DNA from: Octopus sinensis
Lineage: Eukaryota
Direction of reading: 5' to 3'
Assembly: GCF_006345805.1 (NCBI RefSeq)
Contig: NC_042997.1
Location: forward strand, 112,468,001 to 112,532,000
Length of the DNA stretch: 64,000 nucleotides
Shown here: positions 12,546-26,767 of the stretch, in pieces
Layout: every line of letters starts with the position of its first letter
How positions within the stretch are numbered: the stretch's first letter is position 1
Position numbers and translations under genes: made by a program
The notes under the pieces: generated by a model
Told to the model about the DNA's origin: nothing
Seen by the model: the letters and a program-made list of their open reading frames with translations, nothing else
Database searches by the model: none

Positions 12546-14184
12546 AAGCACTGTGTGTCCCACCCACACTTAAGAAAACCTCTCACACGCCCTACCACAA
12601 CAAACCAAACTACATCTCTACATCTCTTCCTCACAGTTCTGCTTCATACACTATGCTTACCTCCCACTCCCCAATCCTGTCCTCTTGGCCCCATGCCACA
12701 CTATCATTGCTCTCTGCTAGCTTGCAACCTGTGTGTTTCACCCACATGCCCTGTCTCACTGTATTATAGCTACCTGCTAGCCCCTGACCTGTGTATTCCA
12801 CCCAGATGTAACAAGAAAACTTTTCACTCACCTTACCCCAACAAACCAAACTACATCTCTTCTCATCCTCACATTTCCTCCTTCATACACTATGCCTGGT
12901 GCTCACTCCCCAATCCTGTCCTCATAGCTCTGTTCCTCTGTATCAGTGCTATCTGGTAGTGCCTCAACTCTATATATACCCAGGTTTTTGCCACTCACCT
13001 CCCACCTCCACACTCTTTAATCACGCTTCCTTCACAATATTCTGCCACTTATGTTATGGCATTTAAAACTTAAGGGTATGCCCTGGCACTTGCCACCATC
13101 TATGCCTCTCTCTTCCTTTACTCAACCATCCTATTTATATTCTGATCCCTGTCCTTTGTGAGTATGCCTGGCATTTTGCCATCTCTATACTGATGTTTCC
13201 CACACTCTCTCTCCTTCTCCTGCATTTCCCTCACATTGGGTAACCATGTATTTCCTTTGTGGTAGTGCATCTGTTTCCGTCTTCATCCCTGATCTCTTTT
13301 CTGTCTTGCAAGCCTTTGGTGACCCTGTCAGTGCAGGTACCACTTAAAAAGCACCCAGTCCACACTGTAAAGTGGTTGATATTCAGAAGGGCATCCAGCT
13401 GTAAAAACCTTGCCAAAACTGACTTCACCTTTTACTTGTGCCATGTAAAAAGCACTAAATCCACTCTGCTGAGTAGTTGGTGTTAGGAAGGGCATTCAGC
13501 TGTAAAAATCCTGCCAAAACAATCACAGAAGTTTGGTGCAGGCTTCTGCCTGGCCTGGCCCTTGTGAAACCATCCTACCCGTGCCAGGTTGGAAGGTGGA
13601 CATTAAACAATGATGATGGTGAGAAAGGATCTTCAGACGTTGGGCTGCATAGAGGGGATGACAAGGGCCCAAAACTTCTGGTGGTTTGCAGTGCTTAAGA
13701 ACACATGTGAAGCTAAGTAAAATTGCAGTTGTCCTTCAATACAGGGATGTTCCCTGCATCCCAGCTGAGCAATCCTAACCTTGGGGGCTCATAGGAGCTG
13801 GTGCCATGTAAAATGCACCAATGCCGGTATCATGTAAAAGTGCCCATGCCAATGCCACATTAAAAGCAACCGGTACACTCTGTAAAGTGGTTGGCATTAG
13901 GAAGGGTGTCCAGCCATAGAAGCAATGGCCAAAACTGACATGGAGTCCAAGCAGCTCTCCAGCTGGACAACTTCATGCCAAACTGTCCGACCCATGCCAG
14001 CATGGAAAACAGATAGTCAATGATGACGATGGTGACCTGAGATAATTGTAGCAATTACTACTACTACTACTACTACACAGAGTCACTTGCACACCAACAT
14101 GTCCCACCCACAGATATCTACTTTCCAGCATTTGTCTTTTCAACCAACCATTGCAAAGATGCTCCTAAATTAAATATTATCTAT

Positions 14185-14410
14185 TTCTTTACTACCCACA
14201 AGGGGCTAAACACAGAGGGGACAAACAAGGACAGACAGACAGATTAAGTTGATTACATCAACCCCAGTGCGTAACTGGTATTTATTTAATTGACTCCTGA
14301 AGGATGAAAGGCAAAGTCGTCTTCGGCGGAATTTGAACTCAGAACATAATGGCAGATAAAATATGGCTACGCATTTCGTCCGGCGTGCTAACGTTTCTGC
14401 CAGCTCACCA
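14185..14410 (+). mobile_element. Short SINE family (copies at ~25-250, 40070-40230, 42140-42600, 48755-48955 -, 55040-55260)
   Basis: CCCACAAGGGGCTAAAC..GTCGATTA..CCCCAGT..GGATGAAAGGCAAAGTCGACCTCGGCGGAATTTGAACTCAGAAC. Confidence 0.7.
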
Positions 14411-14467
14411 ACTTACTCTAAATTAAATATTATCATGCAAGGTGTATGTGGAAGAGAACATTTTTAC

Positions 14468-14576
14468 CTGTCGACATGGCCTTGGGGAAGTTGATATCAA
14501 CTGCAACATCGTAAGCTTCTCCTAAGATGCTGATTATTTCAGATGAAGATTTCACAGTATTATCAACATCAAAGAT
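14468..14576 (-). CDS. HYDIN: HYDIN exon (IFDVDNTVKSSSEIISILGEAYDVAVDINFPKAMST); not in ORF track
   Basis: EAYD.A.DI.FPK motif; TAATAG acceptor, GTAAAA donor; 109 nt, phase 0-1. Confidence 0.92.
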
Positions 14577-14818
14577 CTATTAAAGGAACAACACATGAGA
14601 AAGGATTATTCAACTTTAATTAATGCAACTGGAATTTTGTTATCGCAGGCATAGGAATGGCTGTGTGGTAAGTAGCTTGCTTACGAACCACATGGTTCCA
14701 GGTTCAGTCCCACTGCGTGGCATCTTGGGCAAGTGTCTTCTACTATAGCCTTAGGCCGACCAAAGCCTTGTGAGTGGATTTGGTAGACGGAAACTGAAAG
14801 AAGCCCGTCGTATATATG

Positions 14819-14853
<35 letters not shown>

Positions 14854-15184
14854 ATACGTTTGTGTGTCTGTGTTTGTCCTCCCAACATCGCTTGACAACC
14901 GATGCTGGTGTATTTACGTCCCCGTAACTTAGTGGTTCGGCATGAGAGACAGATAGAATAAGCACTAGGCTTACAAAGAATAAGTCGATTTGCTCGACTA
15001 AAGGCAGTGCTCCAGCATGGCCACAGTCAAATGACTGAAACAAATAAAAGAGTATTGTTAATAAATTTGCTTAACCGTTTCAACATCAGTTATGTTGTAG
15101 TAAGCACAACTTTGTTCGATTATATTCTTGGAAGACAGAAAAAGCAAGAGGTCACATGGTTTTGTGCTTACGGTTGAATGTAAC

Positions 15185-15880
15185 AAAGTTTCTACAGTAT
15201 TTGATGGATATTTGTCCTCATCTTGTTTGTTGTTAACATGTTTCGGCTGATATACCCTCCACCCTTCCTCAGGTGTCTTGGGGAAATTTCGAACTTGAGT
15301 TCTCATTCCTAAGGTATTTTTCGATGGTATTATTATTATTATTCAGGTCACTGCATGGAATAAAACTTGGAATCTTGGCGTTAGTAGCCCGCACTCTTAA
15401 CCACTACACCATATGCCCATGGGCATATTATGGAGTGAAATTTGGGGCTTATAAATCTAATATCTTCCTATCCTTCCTTAAAACCGGTTCCCATATGCTA
15501 TTCATATCTGCACTTCGTCTGCTTAGGAGGTTGTTGTGTCCTAGCATTTGTGCTACTTCTTTTAGTTTTCATATTTTCCAGTGGTGTTCTCTGTCTATTA
15601 TTTTAACTTCATCCCACAAGGGGGAGGTGGTCTCCATTTTTCCATACATGATCAACTATACCTGATTTATCAATATCTCCTCATGTCACAGATTTGCGAT
15701 GTTCCTCTACCCTTATTTTGAGGGGGCAGCATGAGAACCCAGGTTCAAAATTTCCCCAAGACACCTGACAAAGGCTGGGAGGTATATCAGCCGAAACGTT
15801 GTGTTAACAACAAACAAGATGTGGACAAATATCTGTCAAATGTAAATAATGTAAATAATTGCTCATCTCTTAAATATAGA
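15185..15880. mobile_element. Penelope-like remnant: minus-strand GIY-YIG C-terminus and pLTR, followed by an inverted plus-strand pLTR copy
   Basis: Minus strand reads KSGIVDHVWKNGDHLPLWDEVKIIDREHHWKI*KLKE; CCAAGACACCTGA..CAGCCGAAAC occurs in both orientations. Confidence 0.8.
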
Positions 15881-16804
15881 ATAGTATTAACAAAGTTTCT
15901 GCCAATTAGTGAGGCATATACACAAAATCATGTAGTACCCTGCTTTTTTTATCCTTTAGAGGTAGAGCAAAACAAAATTACATCTGCTAAAGTGCAAGTG
16001 TGACCATAACCTTGTGGCCAATGCCAGCGGTGTAATCAGTCCACTTATGTCTGCCTTTCCTTCATTGGACACTAAACTCTGCTTGCGAAGACCAGTTGAG
16101 ACAAGTGAAATCAAAATTGAAATCAAACTCGGTGACTGGCATCCGTTGCTAGTGGAGCGCTAAGAGTACCAAACGAGTGAGATCGTTGCCAGAGCAACAA
16201 GCTGGCCTTCGTGCTGATGGCACGTTAAACACACCATCGAGCGTGATCGTTACCTGCATCGCCTTACTGGCACTTGTGCTGGTGGCATGAAAAACATTCA
16301 AGCAAGGTCATTGCCAGTGCCACTGGACTTGCTCCTGTGCAGGTGGCACATAAAAAGCACCATTTGAGCATAGCCATTGCCAGTAGTACTAGACTGGCCC
16401 TCTTGCAGGTAGCACGTAAAAGCACCCACTACACTCTTGGAGTGGTTGGCATTAGGAATGGCATCCAGCTGTAGAAACTCTGCCAGATCAGATTGGAGTC
16501 TGGTTCGCCAGACCTCAGTCAAATCGTCCAACCCATGCTAGCATGGAAAGCGGATGTTAAATGATGATGATGATGACGAAAGAAGTAAAATTCAAGGCAG
16601 AACCTTTTTCACTTTCTTCTTTCAAATCTGGAACAGACATGACCTTAACTTTTTCAAACAGAATTTCCTTATATCAATAATTTTCTTTGAAAAATCATAG
16701 CAGCTACTGATGTGAATGGTGAAATGAAAGACATGAAATAATACAATGGTTGGAACAATGTATGATTCCAACATTTCAATATTGAGTAAATAACCAAAAT
16801 TTAC

Positions 16805-17006
16805 CTCCAATCTTATTTGCTTCTTTGCCATTATTAATGGCTTCTTTGATTGAAAGTAGGCATGTAGAGGGGTCTCACCCAAAGGCGGAACAACTCCACC
16901 AGTAGAAGAAACAGTAAACTCATCTCCAAGATTCTCAATCCCACTCAATTTCCAACCAACAGGCAATTTTGTACGGTTACGCATGCGTATTGTACGTTTT
17001 TCTTCT
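16805..17006 (-). CDS. HYDIN: HYDIN exon (EEKRTIRMRNRTKLPVGWKLSGIENLGDEFTVSSTGGVVPPLGETPLHAYFQSKKPLIMAKKQIRLE)
   Basis: LPV.W....E.LGD.FTV...G..PP motif; TTTCTCAG acceptor, GTAAAT donor; 202 nt, phase 2-0. Confidence 0.95.
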
Positions 17007-17106
17007 CTGAGAAAAAGTATAAATGAAATGAAAATAAACATTTAATATTCTCTTATTTATGCATTATTATTATTATTATTATTAATAATAATAATAATAA
17101 TAATAA

Positions 17107-18780
17107 TGACCAACAATTCAGTGATGACATCAGAATGCAATTTGGCCTAGATAAATGTGCAAAAGCTACCTTTATCAAAGGAAAAATGACAGAAACATCT
17201 AACATTAATTAGCCTTGACCAGCAGAATGTCATAAAAGAATTAGACGCAGCGGAGAGCTACAAGTACCTAGGGGTAATTGAAGGGGACGGAATAAGGCAT
17301 TCAGTGATGAAGGAAATGATCAGGAGAGAATGTTATCACAGAGTAAGAGCTGAATGCAAGAAACAGGATCGAAGCGATCAATGCTTTAGCCATACCAGTC
17401 GTGACTTACAGTTTTAATATCGTTAACTGGTCAATTACTGAAATATGTAATCTTGACAGAAAAATACAAAAACTGTTGACAATGCATAGAATGCACCACC
17501 CTAAGGCAGATACAGAACGACTTTATCTGCCAAGAAAAGAGGGAGGCCGTGGACTTTTACAACTGGCAATAACAATGAAGATTGCTACAATTGGCCTAGA
17601 CACCTACCTGAAAAACTCTGAGGTCTGGATGTTAAAACTTATCTCAAAACATGAAAACAAGAAAGCATCATACTCAGTAGCAAAACAGGCAAAGGAATAT
17701 TTAAGTGAATTCCGAATACAACAAATTTCGGAATTAGACATACAAAAAACAAGCACAGAAAAAGCTAAGTGCATGAAAACCCGTGCTAAAACTGCGGCCT
17801 TAGATATTCTGAATGATAAATGGCAAGAAAAACCTCTCTATGGCAAATACCCAAAGAGAGCGAATAATGCAGATGTTGACAAAGCCCTGACCCATCAATG
17901 GCTAATGGCCTCTGGCTTAAAATCTGAAACAGAAGGGTTTATCATAGCAGCTCAAGATCAATGCCTACCAACAAGAAACTACCAGGCCAACATATTAAAG
18001 AACGGCAGTAGCCCAACATGTCGTGTATGTCAACAACAAAATGAAACCATTGATCATGTTATCTCCAAGTGCAGTCTTCTAGCGCCTACAGAGTATCTCA
18101 ACAGGCATGATAGAGCTGCACAATATATTCACTGGGTAATTTGCAAAAACCTGGATTTGCCCCATGAAAAAAACTGGTGGGAACACAAACCACCTCCAGT
18201 GCTTGAAAATGACCACATCTCACTCCTCTGGAACTTCACCATTCTAACTGACAGAAAGATAGATGCAAATAGGCCAGACATCATATTGAAAGACATCAAA
18301 GAACATGCCTCCTCATTGATATGACTGTCCCAATCGATATAAACGTATCTGTCAAGACCTACCAAAAACTGAGCAAATATAAAGATCTTGAAATAGAAAT
18401 CAGCAAAATGTGGAAGCTGAAGACTAAAACAATACCTGTTGTCATAGGTGCCCTGGGAATGATAGCAAAAGGGGATGATTGCTACCTAACTCAGATACCA
18501 GGAAACCCCAAAATGGCAGAAATTCAAAAGATAGTGCTCATGGGAACTGCTCATATCATACGCAAAATACTTTCTATGTAATCTCAAGGTTTAAAACAAA
18601 CATAATTTTCGGTTTTTTTTTTTTTAGACATTCACTAGTACAACACAAAAAAAAAACAAAAACAAATATATGGCACACTAGGCATAACAACAACATGAAC
18701 TTCCAACCTGTTGTCTCTTGAGGTCTCTGGGTGAGACTTGGAGCCAACTTGTACAAATATAAAGCAAAAGTCAAACATAG
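17107..18780 (+). mobile_element. 5'-truncated, frameshifted R4/Dong-type non-LTR retrotransposon (end of RT, CCHC, restriction-like endonuclease)
   Basis: RLYLPRKEGGRGL, C..C...ETIDH..S.C, RHD, RPDII, KYKDL..W..IPVVIGALG; flanked by (TAA)n on both sides. Confidence 0.92.
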
Positions 18781-18904
18781 AATAATAATAATAATGATAA
18801 TCCTTTCTATTATGGGGCACAAGGCCTGAAATTTGAGGAATAAAAAAAATAATAACAATAACAATAATAATAATAATAAGAAGAAGAAGAAGAAGAAGAA
18901 GAAA

Positions 18905-19365
18905 GACCAAAACAATAAAGTTTGCTTATTGATCGACATGAGCATCCCCTGTGATCATAATATCTCAGCGAAAGAGTTTGACAAGCTCAGAAAATATAAA
19001 GACCTACTCATTGAAATTGAGAAAATGTGGCATCTCAAGGCGGTTACAATACCAGTGATCGTAGGAGCACTAGGAATGATCAAGAAGGGAACCAAAAATT
19101 ATATGAGAATGATCCCTGGCTTACCATCCCTGCAAGAAGTGCAAAAGATTGTCTTAACTGGTACATCACACGTATTGAGAAGAGCATTGTTGATGTGAGA
19201 ATTATTACTACCCATGTATTTTAATTTAACTTAAAAAAAAAAAAAAATGAACGAACTATTGAGTTTAGTTTAATGGCCTACCAATGTATACTATGAGTTT
19301 CTTTGCCCTAGGAGTCGGGAAGACACTAGGCAAGAAATGGAAGCAAATTTGAAAGAAGAAAAAAA
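18905..19365 (+). mobile_element. R4/Dong-type 3' fragment
   Basis: LLIDMSIPCD..KYKDLLIEIEKMW..IPVIVGALG; lies between (AAT)n/(AAG)n and (AAT)n. Confidence 0.88.
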
Positions 19366-22300
19366 AAAGTAATAATAATAATAATAATAAATAATAATAA
19401 CTAGACTACCCCTGACCCGTAGGTCACCAGGAAAGTCTGAGTTTCCTAGCAATGGAGTTTTGTTACATGGGTTTTTTGTTTTCTTTTCCATTTTATTTCA
19501 CATGCTTTCAATGAATGTGACATCAAATTCACACGTAAACGGCACCTTTCCCCAGAAACGGAAAGATTTAGCTGCTATTTCTTGCATGCCCTGCTAATAT
19601 GTAACAGGTATTTTGAGTCCTTTACTGTAAATAGCTGTTACGTGGTAGCTGGGCATGCTAGAAATAGCAGAAAAATCTTTGGAGCTGAGATACATTGAAC
19701 ACACTTGAAAAAACTTTTGTAAAGGCATTCCTTTGGGGCAATCTCTCACTTTGACTCTCAGAACTGTCATCTGGATCAGTGGGTTTTGTTCATTAATTTC
19801 TGTAAAAAAATTTTATTATTTACTTTTGTTTTAAAGTGAAAGAGAGGAGAACGTGAAAGATGTATGAAAATGTATATGAAATGGAGTTGTGTGTGTTTGT
19901 GTGTGAGAGTATCACTTATACATGAGAACACACACATTCACTCATTCTCTCTCTCTCACACACATGCACACGTACAAACAAAAAAGATGTATGCATATGT
20001 ATTGATGTATGTATGTATACATGACAACACCCCCCCTTCACTCACTCTCTTTCTCTTGTTTTTTTCTTCCTCTCTCTCTTACTCTCTCCCTCTCTCTTTC
20101 TTTCATACACACATCCATTTCATATACACATACATACATCTTTTACTTTCTCTTCTCTTTCACTTTAAAACAAAAGTAAATAAATAAAAAATTTTCACAG
20201 AAATTAACGACTTGAAAATAATTAAAAAAAACATTAAAATATTATCTGATTAAAGAAAGCTAAAATATCAATACTTACTGTACAAACAACTTACATTTTT
20301 GAAATCACATTCACTTAAAAGTATTTCTAAATGATTAAAATATTGTACATCAAAAAGTCAACGTTTTTTTTTCTTAGAGAGCACAAAGACTATGTGTATG
20401 TATATGTCACAGATAGCAGACGTGTGTTTGTGTTGGCATTCATTATATGTGTGTATGTGTGTTGGCATCATGGAAGCCATGTTTTTTTCATCAAGAAATA
20501 ACAAACAAAAATTGTGTTTCATCAGTTTCATTAATAGAGGTCAAAATGTCACCAAAATTTGGACTGCACTGCCAAGGTAAGTACAAAAATGAATATGCAA
20601 AAAAAAAAAAAATTAAGATAAAATACATTATTTCTGAGACATTTCAGGTACAAATAAACAACTCTAGAGTTTTAGTATTATTAAGAGGGTTTCAAATTTT
20701 GGCACAAGGTCAGCAAGTTCAGTGAGATGGGCACAAGTCAATTACATTAACCCCAGTGATCAACTGGTGCTGATTTTATCGACTGCAAAAGTATGAACGG
20801 CAAAGTTGACCTTAGCAGAATTTGAACTCAGAACGTACCGACTGATGAAATATCACTAAGCATTGTGCCCAGTGTGCTAACAACTCTGCCAGCTTGCCAC
20901 CTTAATAATAATAATGTCCTGATGCAGTACCAGGCAGTGGCTCTCATCGCTTCTGATCTTAACTGGCTGGAAGTGTTATCATGTACATTGTTTTGTCTTG
21001 GTATAAAAGATGGGCTACAGCAAATATTCTGTTCAATACCACAGATTTGCCTGACAGTTGTTTGACCATAACCAGTTGAGCATGTCCCTTGGTGGCTGAT
21101 GATATGTGCATCTCTGATCACGAGCAGAAGTAGTGGGGGAGCATCATAGCCGTGTGTTGAGAGGGATTCTTTGGGGTTTGAATAATCCCCCTCAGGAAAC
21201 ATGGGTGTTTCATTCATCATCCTCAAACAACCCTTATTCAGGGACCTTTTGAGCAGGATCAACCTGAAGAAAATTGTAACCGGGCCCCACCTGCAAGGTC
21301 ATGTGCTGGGCAATATCACACAGGAGAGAAATCCACTGATAAAGGTGAGACATCCACCAATAAAAACCCTGGAGTGCTTATGTCTTTATAGTGCAGATGA
21401 AAGTCAATCAGGAGAGAAGAGGCCATGTCCATGATGCTTGTAGTCATTACTAACACGTGAGGCTGATGCGGGTCACACCATTTATATACAGTTCATGCAA
21501 TCTTCTCTTTGTACAGGAAAGGAAACCACTCGTTATCAACACATTTTCCCATCTTTTCTTACCTTAATTACCTGAAGTTCTTTGTAATAGAAGTTATGTA
21601 ACTAATTAATACGAAACCACCAGAAGTAGTAACTACTAGAAGTTAAACAGATAATTATTAAAAGTTCTGTCAGCGATTTGTGTACCAGTTGGTCACAATT
21701 ATAAGTAAGGCAGGTTGGAGAAAGAATAAGCTGAAGAAGTAGAAGGCATTAGACTCCATTAGCAACAAAAGGCTTTCTTTGTTGTTCAAAGAGGAGATGG
21801 CCTTTTGCTGTCTCTCATGTGATGCAGACAATGAATGAAGGCAGAAGAGAGAGAAGCAGAGTCTATAAGGTTAACTTGAATGAAAGACTGTCTGTGAGCG
21901 AATTTAAGAAATGACTAGATGTACAAGATACTGGAACATCTTTAATCATAAGGGTACCTTGAACAACATCATTTTAATGTCCACTTTCTCATGCTTGCAT
22001 GGCTCAGATGGAATTGTCTGAGGCAGATTTTCCACAATCAGAATTGCCTTCTTGCTACAAGACCTCAATTGTTTCCAAGTAACATATTTCTCTTTGGTCA
22101 GATACGATTCACAGAAGACTGGAAACAAATGTTTCTAAGATGGTAATGCTACCTTACAACCATCAAATGATGTCAAGATGAGACAAACACACACACACAT
22201 ATCACATCACATCTACTTTTAACAAAAGGCTTTAACATATACTTTTCCAAATTCCACCAAGGTTGACTTAGCCGTTCAATCTTTCAGAGTCAATGAAATA

Positions 22301-22439
22301 AGCACCAGTTGAGGACTTACTCCTCCCTTAAAATTACTGGCCTTGTGTCAAAACCTGAAACCATTATTATTGATTAATTAATTAATTGAAGTTCAGTTTC
22401 TTATAAATAAAGGTATTTGAACAAAAATATTACGATTAC

Positions 22440-22766
22440 CTTAATATGAGAACTTTATCAAACTGGAACACTCGTCTGTCCAAATCCAGTTCAGGACGGA
22501 AAGCTTCGCAGCTGATTTTGAATAAAATTGGTTCTGGATTTTCTTTCACACAGCAAACAATTGCATCTTCAATTAATTTTACGGTACGAGGGAAAGCCCA
22601 CACAGCAAGATGCTTTGACCTTTGTGGAGGAAGAATCATTGTTTGAGGATCTAAAGAAAATGTTTCAGCTTTTGTGTCTTTCAAGAAACAAAAACTAATG
22701 TCTGCTTCTATCGGGGAAGCATTCAGAATGGTTAAGATTTCAAGATTCTCTGGGAATTCTTTGTAC
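22440..22766 (-). CDS. HYDIN: HYDIN exon (YKEFPENLEILTILNASPIEAD...DAIVCCVKENPEPILFKISCEAFRPELDLDRRVFQFDKVLIL-R)
   Basis: ED.IVCC..ENPEP..F..SC...RPEL.L motif; TTTTTAG acceptor, GTAATC donor; 327 nt. Confidence 0.95.
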
Positions 22767-25032
22767 CTAAAAAAGGCAAAAAACAGCAACAACTATACTT
22801 TGGCATTTATCTGCTTTCATTAAACAATTGAAATTAAAAGATATTAACCTTTAGCACACTTAGGTGCATCATGGCTCTATCCGAATTTTCTCCCCTGTAA
22901 CGACAGGCACAGTGTATCACATTGAGAGGGGAGAAAACTCATACAGTGACATGATGTGTCTATAGCATGCTAAAAGTTGAAAGATTCTTAGCTGCCACAC
23001 TCACCCTTGACCCAGAAAAACATTGAGGATGTGACATGTGGGAGATGACAGGGATGCAAACAGCACTTAGCTGCTACGCAATTTCAGCTGAGAAGACTAA
23101 AGCAATGTGAAATGATGTACCTATGAAAGGACACAACACATACATGCGCGCACACACACACATGTAAAAGTCAAAATCATCATTATCATTTAACATCCGC
23201 TTTCCATGCTAGCACGGGCTGGACAATTTGACTGGGGACTGGCAAACCAGATGGCTGCACCCGGCTCCAATTTGATCTGGCAGTGTTTCTACAGCTGGAT
23301 GCCCTTCCTAACACCAACCACTCCGAGAGTGTAGTGGGTGCTTTTACATGCCACCTGCATGAGGGCCAGTCAGGTGGTACTGGCAACGGACACACTCAAA
23401 ATGGTGTTTTTTATGTGCCACCTGCACAGAGGTTAGTCCAGTGGCACTGGCAACGACCTCGCTCAAATGTTTTGTTAATATATTGTACAAATTAAACAAC
23501 AAAATTAATCCAATTCAAATCTTATTAAAACTTTAATAATTCGTTCTTCAAACCTGCACCAGGTGTAGACAAAAGAGCAATCAAAAGGTAAATGCCAGTA
23601 TGTAGTACTTATCAATATTCATGTGGTTAAAAAAAAATCACATAAATTACACACATACTATATATACATACATCTATATATTATCAACAGTACATTATTA
23701 TTTTCAGCATATAACAAGTCAGAATGCTACCATTGATTTCACATCACTTACCTTATTACGTTGAGCAATATTGACAACTATAGTGGAGGCACGTGGTTCA
23801 GTGGTTAGGGTGCTGGACTCATAATCGTAAGATTGTGATTTCAATTCCTGGACTGGGCGATGTGGTGTGTTCTTGAGCAAAACACTTCACTCCCTATTGC
23901 TCCAGTCCACTCAGCTGGCAAAAATGAGTAATCCAATGATGGAGAACAGTGTCCCATCCAGGTGGGGGCTATATACGCCATGGAAACCAGCCCTTATTAG
24001 TCAAGAAGGTGACCTTTACCTTTTTTGATATTGGCAACCATTCAGAAGAGCTGTACCACTTAAATTAATCATAAATCGCTGTACCCCAGGATTAATCAGA
24101 AGTGTGGTACTTCATGATTAATCAAAATTGCAGTACCTCATGAACAATCAAAAGTGCAGTACTTGTACCTGCACCCGCAGCTACATTCACCCGGGCGAGG
24201 CTGAGGTGGCTCTGACCAACATCCTTCATCACGTACCTCATCAATGCTGACCACATCTAACATCAGTTCTAACATTCCAGCAGGCAAAGTAATGCTTCTG
24301 CCTGCAGCCCCAAAAGAGTAGACCTGGGGACAGTAGTAACCACAAGGTGGTTCCAATCTCCTCAAAACCCTGGAACTTCCATACCAAGTCCCACAACCAA
24401 ATGCAATTTAAAGTGCAGTACCTCATAATTAAACAGAATTGCAGTACCCCATGAAATTTTGGCCAGGGATCCAAGATTAATGGGTTGGGTAAACAACTCC
24501 AGTTTACAGGGTACCTTCAGCCAGAGTGTAGACTCTGCCAAAGTCTCCATGGGAGCCAAACTAAGTGATGGATTAAGTAGTGTCTGTCCGACAGGGTACA
24601 GCAGACTTCCCAGCTACCCAAGTTCAAGCACAAGGTTTGGATTGATCCAAGTCTATGCCAGAAGATTCTTACTCAAGGAAGGGCCCAATGGGAATGAACA
24701 GGAAACCTAAGGATTGCAATGAGAACCTCTTAAACGAGCAGGGATCAGAGAAAATAGAGACAAAAATTGAAAAAAGAATATTGGGTGGTGACTTACTTGT
24801 TGATTGGATGGAGGCTTTTCAGGGAAAGAAGAAGAAAAAAAGGAAATGAAACAAAATAGTGTTTGAATAATTACATTTTCTAATTTAAATAAGAAATGAC
24901 ACACACATATAGACATATATAGCTATACATATATATACATATATATAAAGAGAGAGACAGACAGACAGAAAAGAAGACACATGCATATATATGTAACACT
25001 GATCTATATAGATATCAATAGGTATGTGTGTG

Positions 25033-25081
<49 letters not shown>

Positions 25082-25990
25082 CATGGCAGTGAAACATGGG
25101 CCGTGACTGCTGAGGATATGCGTAAGCTCGCTAGAAATGAAGCCAGTATGCTCCGATGGATGTGTAATGCCGGTACTCACACTCGGCAGAGTGTAAGTAC
25201 CTTGAGAGAAAAGCTGGACCTAAGAAGCATCAGTTGTGGTGTGCAAGAGAGACGTTTGCGCTGGTATGGTCATGTGGCGAGAATGGATGAAGATAGCTGT
25301 GTGAAAAAGTGCCACACCCTAGCGGTTGAGGGAACCTGTGGAAGAGGCAGACCCAGGAAAACCTGGGACGAGGTGGTGAAGCACGACCTTCGAACTTTAG
25401 GTCTCACTGAGGAAATGACTAGAGACCGAGACCTCTGGAAGTGTGCTGTGCGCGAGAAGACCCGGCAGGACAAGTGAGTCCATAACCCGTGGCCTTCTAC
25501 ATGGGATGGAGCCAGCCTACGTATGCATACCTTCCCTTCTTGGGACACAAAACTCTACTTGTGAAGACGTGATGAGGCAAGTGAGGATCAGAATCGAAAT
25601 CGATCAATGGAAATCGATCAATGGAAATTGCAGATGTGTTACCAGTGCCGGTGGCATGTAAGAGAACTTTCCGTTTCGCGACCGTTGCCAGCACCGCCCC
25701 GTTTCGTGTCCGTTGCCAGCCTCGCCTGGCCCTCGTGCCGGTGGCACATAAAAAGCACCATCCGTTCGTGGCCATTTGCCAGCTCTGTCTGGCACCAGTG
25801 CGGGTGGCACGTAAAAAGCACCCACTACACTCACGGAGTGGTTGGCGTTAGGAAGGGCATCCAGCCGTAGAAACACTGCCAGATTTGACTGGGCCTGATG
25901 AAGCCTTCTGGCTTCACAGACCCCAGTAGAACCGTCCAACCAATGCTAGCATGGAAAACGGACGCTAAACGATGATGATGATGATGATGA
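25082..25990 (+). mobile_element. RTE-clade LINE 3' portion with 3' UTR and (GAT)n tail, inserted in (TA)n
   Basis: LHGSETW..RRLRWYGHVARM..GRGRPRKTW; its UTR is the source-like version of the abundant CATCATCAT..AACGTCC repeats. Confidence 0.88.
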
Positions 25991-26287
25991 TATATATATA
26001 TGCTTTGGTTGCAAATGGTTTTTTATACGGCGCCATTTTTACAATCCTGTAAATGATAATAATGGTATTTTTTATATAAGCTTAAAGCTTATGCTGATCA
26101 CTGTGCAATGATTAAAGGAAATAGTTTAATAAAGGTGCATATAAGACCTCGACAGAAAAAAGGTCTTCCTATCTGCAGATAGGAAGGCCTTCATTTTTCT
26201 GTCGAGGGCTTATATGCTCCGTTATTAGACTATTTTCCTTAGTCATTGCATGGTGATCAGCATAAGCTTTAAGCTTATTTAAAAATA

Positions 26288-26329
<42 letters not shown>

Positions 26330-26767
26330 CACAAGATATATATATATATATATAGCACAAGATATATATATATATATAGGTATGTGGTGATGGTTAAAAA
26401 ATATTTATAATCTTAAGTAGTTATTGTCAAGAAAAGCAAGAGAGACAACATCAAAATCTGAATAAATTTAAAATTTATTAAATAGAATACTTTGAATCTG
26501 ATCTTTAGCAGTTGAGTGACATCTTTGGACAGGTTTCATTTTCATTAGACCTCCTCAGCAAAATCTTAAAAGATTATTTGCATATTTATTCTTAATACAT
26601 TTAGGGAGGTTCAGACACAAAAGATATATACAAAGAATCGTTTCTCATCAGCGATTCTCAACCATTATTTGGCCTATGGACCCCTTTGATTTCTATTCTA
26701 CCCTACTGGACCCCATAGCCATTCGATGTTTAAGAAAAGCCATATTGAACCTTCATAATTATATATT

